This document shows, piece by piece, positions 13,701 to 26,021 of a stretch of DNA of 64,000 bases. Position 1 is the stretch's first letter; each line of letters begins with the position of its first letter. The notes beneath the pieces were generated by a model. That model was not told the DNA's origin. It did no database searches and worked only from the letters and a program-made list of their open reading frames with translations. A program made the translations under genes and the position numbers. Origin of the DNA: Antechinus flavipes (Eukaryota); contig NC_067399.1 in the NCBI RefSeq assembly GCF_016432865.1, forward strand, positions 613,614,001-613,678,000, given 5' to 3'.

Positions 13701-15089
13701 GAAGAGGAGAATCAGGAGCTTATTGCTGATTTCAATGCCCAGTACATGAAAGTTCAGAAAGGCTGGATCCAACTAGAGAAAGAAATACAGCCCACCCCAA
13801 AAGTAAAAAACAAGTCTGACAAATTGAAAGAGATTTGGAAGAGTAAGAAAAGATCACGTAAATGTAAGGGCTCATTAGAAGTTCAAAAGCTTTCCCCTGT
13901 TCAGATGCTCTTTATGAAGACTTTTAAATTATCTAATATTTGCAAGTGGTTCTTAGAGACAACTGAAACAAGATCACTTGTAATTGTGAAGAAACTCAAT
14001 ACTCGTCTCCCAGGAGATGTACCCCCCATTAAAAGTCCCCTTCAGAAAGCCTCCTCTTCTAGCCAGTATCCTAGTTCACAACAGGCTGAGCGCTTGAAAA
14101 AACACTTAAAAAAATTTCCTGGGGCAACACCTGCTAGAAATAATTGGAAAACTCAAAAGCTTTGGGCTAAATTCCGTGAAAATGTTGATAAAATGGAGTC
14201 AGCAGAGACTGCCACTGTCAGCCTTGGATCTCACTCTGAAGCTAATTCAGAATTCAAGGAAGAAAGAATTAGCCAGCCTTCTAATTTGCCTACACCAGCT
14301 AGTACTCGAATCCTAAGAAAATATTCCAATATCAGAGGAAAGCTCCGAGCCCAGCAGCGTTCAATGAAGAATCAGAAAACAGAAAGTTCAAATGATGTCA
14401 CTGTAGAAAATAAACAGAATCGGAAGAGTGTGTGCATTAACCCTTTAATGTCTCCCAAACTTGCTTTGCAAGTCAATGCTGATGGATTTCCTGTGAAGTC
14501 CTCTAGTGCTGAAGGAGCCAGGGCGAAAAAAGGGAAGTTAGATTCCTTACCTAAAGCAGAAAGTCAGCAAAACAAAAGGAAGAAAACCAATGAGAACAGC
14601 AGCATGCAAGATGGTACTACTTCCACTAGCAAGGACAGATCACAAGTAAAGAAAGCCAGTAAAGCAAAACATTTAGATGTATCTTCCAAAGCATCTGCCA
14701 ACAAGAAGCGTCCTTCATCGGATAAGACCAACAAGCTGTCCAAAAAGGCATCTTTAAAAGAAAAAAAAGTGAAGAAGGCCACCGACAAGGCTGCCGGGAA
14801 GAGTCACCCTCCTTCCCGCAAAGGAAAAGACAATACCCAGAAGAAGCCAAGCCAGACTCAGCCCCCACCTCGAGAAAAACTGTCCAAAGCTCCAAAGCAG
14901 AAAGTTGCTGCTGAGTCACCTTCCAGGTCACAAAAAACTACTCACAAAAAGCAGAGTAGTGCAAAGACTAAGAATAACAGATCATCTATAAAGAAAACCC
15001 CAGAGAGCATCCTGACCCAGAGGAAACGCAAGCTCCGGGCAAAACTTGACTGTTCCCACAGCAAAAGAAGACGCCTGGATGCCAAGTGA
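10775..15089 (+). CDS. LCOR: LCOR long-isoform (PALI1 / former C10orf12) terminal coding exon; 5'-partial, spliced in phase 2 to upstream LCOR exons outside the window
   Basis: The 1415-aa ORF stays open upstream of the ORF-track ATG to an acceptor (ttttctctctatctgtctag|T GAG GAC...DSNNQPKSPLEKFMVRLCTHHQKQFIRVLNDLY). It contains PALI1 hallmarks: KTARKS x2, EWCAEEENQELIADFNAQYMKVQKGWIQLEKE, WFLETTETRSLVIVKKLN, RLKKHLKKFPGA, and the C-terminus KLDCSHSKRRRLDAK*. It lies tail-to-tail with SLIT1, as in human. Confidence 0.97.
13680..14500 (+). other. LCOR: PIP (PALI interaction with PRC2) region within the PALI1 exon, approximate limits
   Basis: Conserved block running from KFVEWCAEEENQELIA to SVCINPLMSPKLA, including LKKHLKKF (K1241-equivalent codon at 14112-14114). 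Confidence 0.75.
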
Positions 15090-18000
15090 TGGGAGATGGA
15101 GCCAGGTGTGAGCTGCTCTGTGGCAGCAACCCTTTGTTTTGCATTAACTCAACCTGCTTTTATAAGCTGTAGCAAGCCTTTAAAATCTGCAGTGAAAGGA
15201 AAACATCTAGTTTTAGGCATCAGGAAACAATGTCTCAGATGGAGAAAGGAACTTGCTTTCTCCCTCTAGGGCTAAGAAAGGGAGTTATTAATTATTTTCT
15301 GAATGTTCCTTGGATCTTAAACTTGGAACCAGGCAGATTTGGTTTAAAAGTACAGTGCCTTATTTATCCTTTTTTTAAAAATAATAAAAAAAAAAAAGCT
15401 AAAAAGCTAATCTGTATGATTAAAGGCTTGCATTTTATACTTGATGCACAAGCACTTGTACTGTAGCAGAAATGACCACCATCAAGCCCCGGAAGTCATT
15501 TTCCAGCAGCCTTCCAGCAGTGTGTCTGTCTGAACATTTGTTCCTCTTTGAAAACCTCTTGGTGTTCCCTCCCACTCTTTTTGGGTTGTGGCAAAGCAAA
15601 ACCAAAATCACCTGGGATGGTTGGGAAGACACTAGGGGTGGAGGTCTGTTGCCCTTTAGTTAAACATTATCCTATTTGTTACCTTTTTCTAAAAAAAATC
15701 ATTTTAATTGTTGGTCACTTCTGTGGACTTGGAGTTTTTAAAAATTTCAAATCATGTATTCTTACATTAAACCCCACTTCAAATCCATGTGGCACACAAG
15801 AGGTCAGGGATTTGTTTTTAACCTCCAGAGTTATTTTGTAGGCCCAGTCTTTGCTGCTGATTCTTCAGTTTTCTGTCATTCTCTTTGCTTTGGGGCTTGA
15901 TAGCTTGGCTTTCTTCCTAACATTTCCCTTGACCCCAGAAACAATCTGAAAACTCAGTCCATTTGTAATAATATCACTTGGGGGAAACATCCTTTTTTTC
16001 TTCTTCTTTTTTTTTTTTTTTTTTTTGCCTTATCCACAGTCCCTCCACATTCAAAACCTAAATGTTATTTTGCTTAATAAGGCGGCTTATGTTTTGATAA
16101 GCTTGCAGGCACACATTTAGTAATGAACGTATCTCAATTCCATTTTTCAGTTTGTTATCATAGTTTTCCCTCATATAACAACATCTGCTTTCAGCACAAT
16201 GGACTGAGTAATTAACAAGTTCAGCAAGTTCAGATAGAACAGAATGCCTCTGTGTTATTATCCATCCCCAGGCCTATTTTGAAAACAGACATGTGGAGAT
16301 CTAAGCAGTGTAACCTGTGAAATACATCCAGGGTTACATAAGAACCCCTCCCCTGGGAGGAGCCCTCATCAAAACAGCTGCTGCATGAAAAATGCCTCCT
16401 TTGGGTTCGGATAACCTATGCCAGGCCTTTTCTCAATGGCTTAGAATCAAGGGCTCCCTTCTGTGTTTTAAAAAAACAAAAAAAATTTTTGCTTCTTCAA
16501 TGTAAACTTATAGAAGGGAGCATACATTCACTGTAACTCTGTGCCTTGAATGTTGCTTCTCTGCAAAGCTGAAACATTCCCATTGAGCCACTGCAAACAA
16601 AAGCTGAATTGTAGAACATTTTTTTTCCGTGTTTTTACTTCCTTGTGCAACTCCTGAAAAGGGTGATGTGGGTGTCTCTTTTAAGAATAGCCACCCATTC
16701 TAGACGTTCCATACCTCTGTACATAAACCTGATGTTCATTATTTTTTAAATGCACTTCACGCAAATCATGATAAGACAGGCATTTTTACCAAATCTGGAA
16801 AAGACCAGCTCTAAAGTGATAGCAACTGTAGAGGTACTATAGAAAAGAAGGGGAGGCGAGAAAGGCACTCAGTTTTCCCAGCTTTGGAGAACTGTGCTGG
16901 ACTTCAGAGACTCTGGGGCTGGCAAGAGGGGTTTACAAGTGAGAACCTTTTTTCCTTAGTCTTCTCCACTCTGTAGGACACAGATTATGTTCATGCTTTG
17001 AAAAATCCCTGTGCTTAGCTATTTAAGAGCTACTGACATTAGTAAAATTGCCAAGTGTACATTTTTGATGGTCTTTTTTTGCCCCCAACACTGAGGTGCA
17101 TGAAGATAGTGGCACAATTGTAATGTTTTTAAGAGTGTTTGTTTTCTTAAATCTCTATTCACATAAATATTGACGAGGAGAAATTAATTGTGATTTAAAT
17201 AGCTCTGCATTTATCTCAGCCAGGTGCATTTTCCCCTGGGATAAATATGGCTGGTTTGAATTTGTTGTTGTTTGTTTTTGTTTTTTAAGCTATACATATT
17301 CCATTTTTACAGAGGCTAAAATAAGGTTGAGAAGTTTGGAATAATGGATAGAGAAGCTTTTACATAGACTTGCTTTCCAAATACTCTTAGATTTGTTTTG
17401 GGATTTCATCATATTCTGTTTTTCTATTTTGGCCTGCATTTGGAAACAGTGTGTGTTTTGCATCTGTTCCACTAATAGAGCCTCTTTTAAATCTACTGAT
17501 AACTTTGTAACAGTGACTACTACTGTTGAAGCAGATGGGATTCTGTGTAAGAGAAATACCTTTTAAAATGATGATCCTTTTTATCTTGAACAAATTGCAT
17601 CACATTGTTTTAGCTTACTCAATTTCTTTTGAAATGATATGTGCAGTAAAAATATACAAGAAACTTTTCCTTCTGCCCACCCGCTTTCTATTGCTTGCCA
17701 AGTAATCTTTCAGATTCTTCATCTGTGGGATTGTAGTGCACCCCACCCCACCTCACCCCACCTCCCACCATGCCAGTCTTTACAGAACTGCCTGTCAGTG
17801 AATCACAAGCTTTTTTTTTAAATCAGTTGACCCATATTTCCCAAATCATTGTGGCAATAGCTGTCCCCTCACCTCTCTGGCTTGCACTGAATTGTCATAC
17901 AACCTCAAATGTTTATAGACCAATAAGAAAGTCTTGAATGTTGGTTGATTATGGTCATTGGTGAGCAGCTCTTAAACTTAGGAAAAGGATTGTCAGTCAG

Positions 18001-21000
18001 TCCACTTCTCCTTGCCCCCCTCCTGCTTCCTCTCTCAGAATAGAGGAGGAGCTTCAGTTTCTGTGGTACTCATAATCCCTTTTTTTTTTTTTTTTACATT
18101 CTCTCATTAACATCTTTGTAACTCATTCTTTCTGTGCATATCTGAGATTAACTATCATTCCCATTTTCAATTAGAGTTCCCTAAATTGAATTTCATGCCT
18201 CTTTTTCTCTATCTTCTAATTATCTCAGAGAAAGCCTGAATTCTGCTCCAGAATAGGGAAGCAGGTAAACTCTTTTAAAGACTAGATGTAGAGAGGTATA
18301 GGGGAAGATTTCCATCAAGTCAGATTCCAAAACTAATCCACTTACTCCACTTCATTGGAGTCTCACAGTCAAATGCGTAATGATTTAAGAGATGCAGCAA
18401 ACCCCTTTATTTGTGTTTCAGATTGTAATGTTACTAGTAGCTGTTAATCACAGATTTCCATCAGGAGTTCACCTGCTCTTCAGTGTTTCTTAAGTTTTTG
18501 GCAGTGTCCATTTCCATTACAAAGAAATCAACATAGAAATAACAACCTACATATTACCCTAATAACAATTTTTATCAACTGTTGTAAGTATAATAGGATA
18601 TATGTAGTAGTATACATAGAATAATTTCCCAGGGAAGAAGCATAAATAAATACTACCATCTGTGTATGCTACCTTCTAATAGAAAAATTAAATCAACCAA
18701 ATTATATGCATCATATATTATCTTATAGATTTCTTAACTAAAAACAATTTTTCCAACACTATAGATAAAATTCATTACTCAGAGACAATTGGAATTGAGA
18801 CATTTATTTCTTCAATTGAATTCATGTTTGCCCTAATGCCACATGTAGCTTATTCCATTATTCTTATTTACAGGTGGCAATTTGGTTTGTGGGTCATATT
18901 GGAATAAGAGGAGGAAAGAGTACTGCAGAGTAGTATAGATGGTGTCACCATCCAGGGTAGCATTGGTCATGATATGGGGGCACTTGTACTCACTCCCTAC
19001 CCTGCTAAAGGGAAGGTACCAGGAGCTGTGGAAAACCACCAGTTGAGCCAAATTTATCCAGCAAAGACTATGTTTAAGAAAATCAGATTTCTTACTTTGA
19101 AGTTCGTAGATGCATGTTTTTTTCCCTAACATCTCTTCCTGTCACCTCTCTTCATTTTGCTTTGTTTTCTTACCTCTTTATTTTCTCCACCTCTTTATTC
19201 TTTTTAAAATTTCTGATCTCTTTATTTACATTCTTCTGCCACTGACTTATCTTTATAACTCATTCTCTTTGCAAAGATGTATGTGTATATATCTATTTCT
19301 AATTAGACATTTTCCCAAAAATTGAATTTCATACATCTTAGGAACATTCCCTCTTCTGTTGTCTAATGTTCACCCATTCTGTTAATCTGTATATCCAGGA
19401 TCAATGGTTAAATAAGTTCAAAATGCTGAAATTCATGTTGATGGCACTGGGTGCAGAGTAAGTGAAATAATTCAAGAGCAGTGAGGATCTGTTACACTAA
19501 GCCTATTTGTTATTGAAAGAAGCAGAGATTCATTTCTGTTAAGAAGGAATTCATTTTGCTCCTATTGCACTCTTGGTTTTCTGGAAATTTGGATATAGAA
19601 AAGCTCTTTAATTGAATAATTTGAAGCAAAGATCATTTCAGATCACAAAGGCTTGCCTTTAAGAATGATTGTAAAATATTAGTTTGTCTTAAATATCGCA
19701 AATTTTTTTTTTAATCTGGATCTGAAGAGGTGGATGGTATTGAGCTCTTTATGAACATGTTCCTTTGTATCTTATAAAATTGTCATGTAAAAGGTGAAAA
19801 ACAAAAGCACAGAGAGGAGGTACTGGAAAAAATGGAACCTTCATCCTAACATATAGTCATAGAATCATGAATTAATCTGAATAGGAAGCTTTAAGTGATT
19901 CATTGCTCTTCATTGCTCATATATTTTCATATATGCCTCAAGGAGTGATGATATAGGGGCAAATGATTATGGGAAGGTCCACTTCTTGTTTTCTTTCCAC
20001 AAATATAAAAGAAATTCATTTACCCTTTTATTTCCTAAAGAGGAAGATAATTATTGCATTATTGAAACTTTCTCTGAGAAGCTCTAGCACTCAATTCTCT
20101 TGGAACAGAAAATTTGATTTGTTCTTTGCCATTTCTTTTAAGTATTACTATCATGTGGACTGACTATAATATTAGATTGTTTTGATTGGTTGTATAGAAA
20201 TCAGGTTTGGAAAACATCCCTCTATTGAATCATGCTTGCCTTTGGCATAGAGGTATCACATTCCTGATCCAGCATTGTGCTTCACTGCTTTCCTAAATTA
20301 TTTTAAAAATAAGAAATAGAATTCCATGTTTAAACAAGCAGAATGTAATAGCCACAATCCTCAGAAAGTTGTCATTCTTCCTGAACATGGCAGGACAGAC
20401 GCCCATATTATGAGATGTGATAGAGAATGACATAGAGGATCTATGATAGAGAATCTTAGAATCTAAATGCTTTGCTTCAAAGATAAACAAACTTGGGAAG
20501 AAACACAGACTGCTTTCTGTACTGTAGTATCCTTTAGCTGTCCTACAGTACATTGGGAGATCATGTTCCAAGGGATGATATAGCATCATTGGTTAGAATA
20601 TATGCACTGAGAGGTTCATTGTGCTTCTAGATTTTGTAAATGAGACCAAGATATCCATTTAATATAATTATTACTTTTTTGTCCCTTTCTCAAAGCTTTA
20701 TGTCTTATACTCATCTCTTAGAGAAACTCTTTGGCTTTGCCTTTCTAGAGAATAGTTGTACCAGTGGTATTAAAAAAAAAAGTTATTCTCACCCTAAAAC
20801 ACCAGCAGGGCAGACCTCTGCTTTCTGACATGGGTGCCATATGCAATTACTGTACATGGTCATTACATATTCATTAAGTGCCCATTGCGAGCTTGGCTTT
20901 AGACAGAGAATTGTTTAGAGGTTTAGCTTGCTGGTACTCCTGTGGAGCATCACTTCAAGTTGGACCATAAGTGTCTTTTAGAAAAAGAAAATTCAAAGCT

Positions 21001-23414
21001 TCTTTCTTTTGGGGCATGGAGTTGGGCAGCCAGTTTGAAAAACATACATGGTTTTCCAAAATGCCATGTAAAATCAGGTTGGTCTTCATAAATCCCTCTA
21101 TAGAAAATTAATCTTTCTGTAATTTTCCCTTCTTTAATGATAATGCATTTTCTCCTGGGCAGGCACACATAGTTTACAACCTGTAGAATAATGCTTTTTC
21201 ATAATAAAGGTCGGTGTGCATCCTTGTGGATTGAATCTTTTGTCAGTGGCACATGTATAAGTAATGTTCAAATTCATTATGTGTCTGTAGTTGGACGACT
21301 GGTGGTGGATAGTAAATTTTTTTTTTATTCAAGCATGAATTTTTTTTGTACCTTTTTGAGAGAGAGACATAGAGAATACTGGGGGAGCTGGAGGTGCATG
21401 GCACTGAATCCCTCCCACAGTTAAAGTGTTTGCAGATGTGTTACTCTCCGAGCTAGTAGCCTGTGAACACAAACACTGCTCTCTGCTTTTGTGGGAATTT
21501 CACATCAGCCCCACAAGCTTTTCTCGCCACAGCTATCCTTTTTCATTTTGAACAAAGAGGCTGCTGAAGCCCTTGATTGGGAAGGAACCAGGCTTTCTCC
21601 ACATTCTCCTGTCACTTTCCACTTTAAGTCTCTAACTCCTTTTCTGCACTATTCTCCTGGGCCCCCTGCTACCTCCTCCCCTTTGGAAGTGTAAGCACCT
21701 TCTCCCATACAGTCTTATCAGTTTTTATATTCATCTGCTTCACAAGTTTTACTATTTTTTTGTCCAAAAATTGTTCTCTTGTTTCTCTTAATTGTTCTTG
21801 TCATTGTCTTCAAAATTGTTTGATGTTTTTTTCATGCCCAGTTGCTTTCTGTAATTTATACAATATATTGTCTTATATTTAATGCTGTAAAATATTTGAA
21901 AGTCTGGTTTGCAGAAAAAAAAATTATACAAAATAGGCTTGCATTATGTTGTATATTTATGCCATAACTGAGGAGGGGTATTTTTAGAGCCACTGTAGCT
22001 TAAAGTTGTTAATTTTTACCAATCGTTACTATGTTCTGAGTAGTCCTAGGAGTATGGTCTGTTGATGACTTTGTCTCAGTGAGTAAGATTTCAATATCTG
22101 TATATATACATATTTATACATGCCACTGTGGAGTTGATTTCACTGTAAATAGTGGTAATTTCCTGTTCAAATGCTTCTATTGAAAGTATTTATTTTAAGA
22201 ATATAAACCAACTGTACTATTGATCAAAAGGGCTGTCATAAAAATCATTTTTTTTTTGACAGTTAAACACCCCCAGCCACTGTGCCTGGCTATTACACTC
22301 CCAAATAACATGAGAGGGAGGAAAAGGAGACTAAAATCTTTCCCCTCCCTGTGCTGCAGGGACCTTTTAACCTGCACATCAGATGTTTGAGAAAGCCACT
22401 GTGGGTGAGGAGCTGGATTACATTTCCTGATCTTCATCCACTTCACAGTAACAGTGAACCCTATGCCCTGCATGGTGAGTGCCAGGCATTGCCCCTAGAA
22501 GGGAGATCACTGACATTGCATTGGGCAAGCCTTTCTTTTTACAGACACAGTTGGCTGCTCCTCTGCATGAGGGCCTCAGTGAGAAAGAGCCTCAGCTGCA
22601 GCTCCAAGAAAATCTGGATACGTCCATGGGAAATGGGGAAAACTGTCACCTCAGCAAAGCATTAAACCACATTGATAGTCTAACCACAGGAAGGAGACCT
22701 CACTTGAATCACCTTGAACATTTCCCACAAACACCTCATCTTTTTCCCTGTTAGTGAATATTGTAGGCATCCGGCCTGATGCTGCTCATAACCAGGGGGT
22801 TAGGAAATGAATCCATCTGTTCTAAGATGTGTTCAGCTTACTTCTCAGGAGTCCTGGTTTGCATTAAAAGTTTCCACAGATAAGTGGAACCCTAATTTCT
22901 ATAATCATGTTTAGCTTCATTTGGGGGCTCCCTTGTCTGAGTAGTATTTCTCACTGACCTTGTGTAGAGGACTGGGGCCTGTGTCACTGGCAATGCAGTG
23001 ACTTTAGAGCTGAGGGCACATTTTGGGGTATTTTCTTCCATTTGAATCACAATTTGTATATTTCTTTGGGACCTCCATTTGTCTTTTAAAACAAGTGAAG
23101 AGGTTACCTAAACAATAATGCTGGAGGATGTTTTTCTAAGATCCTGTTTGTAAGTAAATCTGGTTTTACAATAAAAATGTGAATGGTTTTACTGCAGGTG
23201 CCAGGGAATTTAGCACTAAGCTAGACATTCAACACTTTTTTAACCTTTGGGGGAAGAAATAAGATGACTTATGTAATGGTCTCAAGAAGAAATATTGTAA
23301 ATAGTTTTTAAAAATATTTATTATGTGTGCTGTGTGCAGATTCATGTTCTGAGTGATGTCAGTTTGCATTGTAATGTTGTAGAAGGATATATTCTGAGCT
23401 GTGGTTTTGCTTTT

Positions 23415-23420
23415 AATAAA
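23415..23420 (+). terminator. Candidate proximal/alternative poly(A) signal AATAAA for LCOR
   Basis: gcttttAATAAAtccagttc, with a U-rich upstream context and a G-rich tract ~45 nt downstream. Confidence 0.4.
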
Positions 23421-23578
23421 TCCAGTTCACACATCTAGAAAGAAAACAGTGAGCTGTTGGGCTGGGGAGGGATTGGGTGGGTGGGGTATGGGCAGGGGGG
23501 AGGGGTGATTTTTTAAAAAGTAGCATCAAGTTTAAGCTTTAATGCTTCTCTTCATCTCATCCAATAACTTTTAATTTT

Positions 23579-23625
23579 ATATATATGTATATGTATGTAT
23601 GTATATATATATATATATATATATA
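23579..23625. repeat. (TA)/(TATG) compound microsatellite
   Basis: Seen directly. Confidence 0.9.
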
Positions 23626-25398
23626 GGACTGAAACTGGTCAGTGGTCAGTACACGGGTCTGCAGAGCAGATTTCCCTTTGTTCCTTTTGGTGTGCCGCTC
23701 TTAAGCAATAATAATCTTGGTAATAACACTTGTGATGGGGCCCCCTGGCCCCCGGCCTCAGAGAAGTGAGTAGGACTAAAATGTTGTCCTGCTAAGATTG
23801 CTTATCTTTGCTTGGAGATGTTGCTGTACTTGAATATCTGCTTCTCTTGATGTGCATGTTCCTACTTCAAACAAATGAGGAGTGTAGCGTATATACGAAA
23901 TCTGTTAGGACCAGACCCATGAGAAAGATCCAGTCCAATGAGGAATGCTGGCGACTTTCAGGAGGTTATCAGCATGTGCAGAATCCTAATGTGAGAGGAG
24001 TCAAGCTGCAATTGTGGCAGCTCTAAGAGAGTTTTTAGAACAGAATAAAAATGGTCAATAGAAAAAAAAAAAAAAACTATTGTCATCTGGCCATATTTTG
24101 TTACCTTTTAACTAAATTCCATTTTCCCTCAAACCACTCACAAACACCTCCCATCCCTATCCCCACTTATGGTTTTTGAAGCACTAGTTCAATAGATCAA
24201 GAACATCATGGGACAGTCATCCCCACGATACTTCCACATCTTTTGCTTCACCCTAGGCAGTTCAGCAGAACCTCCTCAAGACCAGTTTGAACTTTGGTCA
24301 AAAAAGCCCCATGTTATCTTTAGTAGCTGTCATAAAAGTAGGCTTTTAAGATATGTCTTCTCTTTTGTATTTATAAAAAGCGTTGGGAGATTTTCACTAG
24401 TGTTACTTAGATTGAAGTGTTCCCTTGGAATAAACCTTTCCTTTTCTAAGCTTGAAACCAAGCAGGCAGAAAAACCAATCTCCACTTTTGTATCATTGGT
24501 GATATGATGATATTCTCTCTTCAGTTATTTGGGGGAAGGAAGACGGATGACATGAATCTGACCTAACATCCTCAAGTCATCTTCTCATCTTTAGAATCTG
24601 ATCCTTACCCTCTAGGGGCAAGTAGTTCTTAAAGGGTAGCTTCCAGGGCACTAGTGAAGGCCTTCCCATGGCACTGACATTAGGGATCCATCTATAGGAA
24701 ATCATAGCTTCAGCTCTTCATTTCCATTATAGCTCTAAGATACTCATCCAAGATCAGAACAAAAGCACAGGCAAGTTCCTTCTTTAGTCAAGAGATCATG
24801 TCTCTGAGGACAAAGGGGATCCTAGAAAGCCACACTGTTTGAACTTTGCCAAAGGAGCTATTGTAATTCTACTGGGAAATTGAAGTGGCATTTTTTTTTT
24901 TTGATACTTTTTAGAGCTTGACCCTGTAAAATTTATTTTGGGAGGTTGAGGGGGTCAGAGAGCAGGGTATCGACATAAATGTGTACTGCAAGGAACTCCA
25001 AAAACAATCCTCCATTCCTCTCAAGGTCTTTTCAGGTTCCTTCCAATGTTGTCATTACCGAGGTCAATTTCTTGTGTTCTTTTTCTTCCCCCCCCCCGCC
25101 CCTTTTTAAACTTTATGTGTGAGTCTTAGAGACGGTTATCCAAGATACCAAGGATTGTATTTCCAGAGAGTCCTTCCCATTTTCTGGTACTGTGTGCATA
25201 ATCCTGGCCAATGTGAAAGCTCTCTCCTTTCACCTTTAGCAAAGAGCAGAAATGATGAATTTTGTAAGCTGATGCTCTTAAGGATTTGATAATATCTCTT
25301 GGATCTGGATTTCCGTTATGTTAGTGGGGATAAGGAAATATTGTGTCTTTAATGGATGACAATTAAATGTATGCTGTGAATTGTTGGTCTGAAACATT

Positions 25399-25581
25399 NN
25401 NNNNNNNNNNNNNNNNNNNNNNNNNNNNNNNNNNNNNNNNNNNNNNNNNNNNNNNNNNNNNNNNNNNNNNNNNNNNNNNNNNNNNNNNNNNNNNNNNNNN
25501 NNNNNNNNNNNNNNNNNNNNNNNNNNNNNNNNNNNNNNNNNNNNNNNNNNNNNNNNNNNNNNNNNNNNNNNNNNNNNNNNN
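25399..25581. other. Assembly gap (N run); further gaps at 43487-43618, 55741-55961, 56733-56863 and 59938-60127
   Basis: Runs of N. SLIT1 exons 24-37 join in frame without using any gap, so no constitutive exon is hidden in them. Confidence 0.99.
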
Positions 25582-25819
25582 TTTGTGCTTCTGTGTTTTA
25601 CTTTCCTGTTAGGCCACATAAGAAATTGTGTTCTTGCTATTGGTAAAGGGGCCCTCACTGAAAGCCAAACTTTGAAGCATTTCCCTTTTTTTTTATTTGT
25701 TTGTTTGATTGATTTGGGGGAGAAGGGTGGTGTGGGTGATTGAATTGGTGGGAAGAGCTTTTCCATCATTGACATCCTATTCTATGAGCTTTCTAAAGGC
25801 GCTTATTTTATTGAAGTTT

Positions 25820-25843
25820 ATTAAACATCTCTTTGATATTAAA
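25820..25843 (+). terminator. Candidate distal poly(A) signals (two ATTAAA) for LCOR
   Basis: tttATTAAAcatctctttgatATTAAAatgtgtttgtgt: two variant hexamers followed by a GU-rich element. Confidence 0.4.
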
Positions 25844-25983
25844 ATGTGTTTGTGTAATCAATGAAAGAATGAAGAATTATCAAATACATAGTATATATAC
25901 CCAAATGCAATTCAAGAAAATATGGCTTGTATATCTGAAGTAAGCAAAAGTTTAAGTCAGTGTCATTAAATTGTATTTGACTT

Positions 25984-25985
<2 letters not shown>

Positions 25986-26019
<34 letters not shown>
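25986..26019. repeat. (AC)17 microsatellite
   Basis: Seen directly. Confidence 0.95.

Positions 26020-26021
<2 letters not shown>

Larger units (their letters stand above)
15090..25860 (+). other. LCOR: Probable very long (~10.7 kb) LCOR/PALI1 3'UTR
   Basis: AT/U-rich and almost free of the SINE/LINE fragments that fill the flanking introns. It ends at tandem ATTAAA hexamers followed by a GT-rich tract. The length is similar to the human PALI1 3'UTR as recalled. The end point is inferred. Confidence 0.5.

Noticed and set aside
25278-25775. ORFs containing long X runs (also at 43.4, 55.6, 56.6 and 59.7 kb)
   Set aside because: They are artefacts of translating through N-gaps.
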